Source: Epiperipatus broadwayi
Lineage: Eukaryota > Animalia > Onychophora
Assembly (NCBI GenBank): GCA_028023455.1
Contig: JAQFVV010000004.1
Span: 12,462,001 to 12,526,000, forward strand
Direction: 5' to 3'
Length of the DNA stretch: 64,000 nt
This document shows positions 63,421 to 64,000 of this stretch, piece by piece (the first letter of the stretch is position 1; each line of letters opens with the position of its first letter). Under the pieces are notes generated by a model. It saw nothing but the letters and a program-made list of their open reading frames with translations, did not search any database and was not told where the DNA came from. Position numbers and translations under genes: made by a program.

Positions 63421-63519
63421 CCGTATCATGATCTTATAACAATAAGTTACTGTACTTTTAGAATCTTAAAATAAATAAAATTGACTATTATTATTCTACC
63501 AATTAATTTACTGAAATTG

Positions 63520-63710
63520 TAGTAACAATAATGATGGTATAACAGTATAACGGTATAATAGTATAATAGGATAATAGTATAATAGTGTAATAGTGACCTG
63601 GAAATTCCTGCACATGTTTTATACCTGCCCAAACTACACATTTTCATTGGTCAATTTCAACAATGCTTACTTTCAACCCTGGGCAATGAATGCCAGATTA
63701 AAGTTAAAAC
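63520..63710 (-). repeat. Imperfect octamer tandem (gtataata)n next to a GC-richer 110-bp segment; possible CR1/L2-type 3' end
   Basis: About eight degenerate 8-bp units at 63530-63595. CR1-group elements typically end in short microsatellite tails. Confidence 0.4.
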
Positions 63711-64000
63711 TAATAATAATTTATTAAATATTTATTTTTATTATATTATTCAATTCGTAATTAATTTTCATATTTTATTTACACTTAATAAATACTTTAA
63801 AATAAATTTAAAAAACAACATTACACTATTTATTATTATTTCTACCCTTATTTTAAACAAAACATATTTATTTTCAACATAAAACACAAATTTTATTTTA
63901 TTTATTATATTCACTTTAAAAACCTAACCTAATATTTATAACAGATAATATTATTTTATTCTCAAGCACAGGTGTGAATATTACATGTCACATGATTTAC

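Noticed and set aside
1-64000. CRISPR array, rRNA genes or prokaryotic operons
   Set aside because: No regularly spaced direct repeats and no rRNA-like sequence. The Merlin transposase is the eukaryotic relative of IS1595, not evidence of bacterial DNA.

Overview
Very AT-rich eukaryotic genomic DNA, probably from an invertebrate-type genome (not identifiable from the sequence). It is made almost entirely of decayed mobile elements, and I found no intact host gene. Recognisable elements: six remnants of Penelope-like retroelements (PLE; RT and/or GIY-YIG), one near full-length CR1/L2-group LINE (PHD + esterase ORF1, EN-RT ORF2), several LINE fragments, one Merlin (IS1595/ISXO2-type) DNA transposon with TIRs and an 8-bp TSD, and five retroposed tRNA-derived inserts. 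The most striking signal is about a dozen fold-back (inverted-duplication) insertions of short non-coding elements. Three of these element families carry minimal type I hammerhead ribozymes (HHR) and share a 3' tail motif (CAAGCWTA...GGTCATGTGA). The insertions follow one rule: TSD, then an antisense arm starting at a fixed point about 35-55 nt before the element 3' end, then a variable central joint, then a sense arm with the tail, then the TSD. One insertion contains about 1.25 copies of a 451-bp unit, suggesting a tandem or circular RNA template. Another is reduced to 32 bp and has an empty paralogous site in the window. This looks like a PLE-driven, ribozyme-processed mini-retroelement (retrozyme-like) system. 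HHRs and inverted pseudo-LTRs are known for PLEs in general, so any novelty lies in these specific families, the shared tail and the fixed two-ended geometry. All alignments, translations and folds were done by eye and boundaries of decayed elements are approximate.
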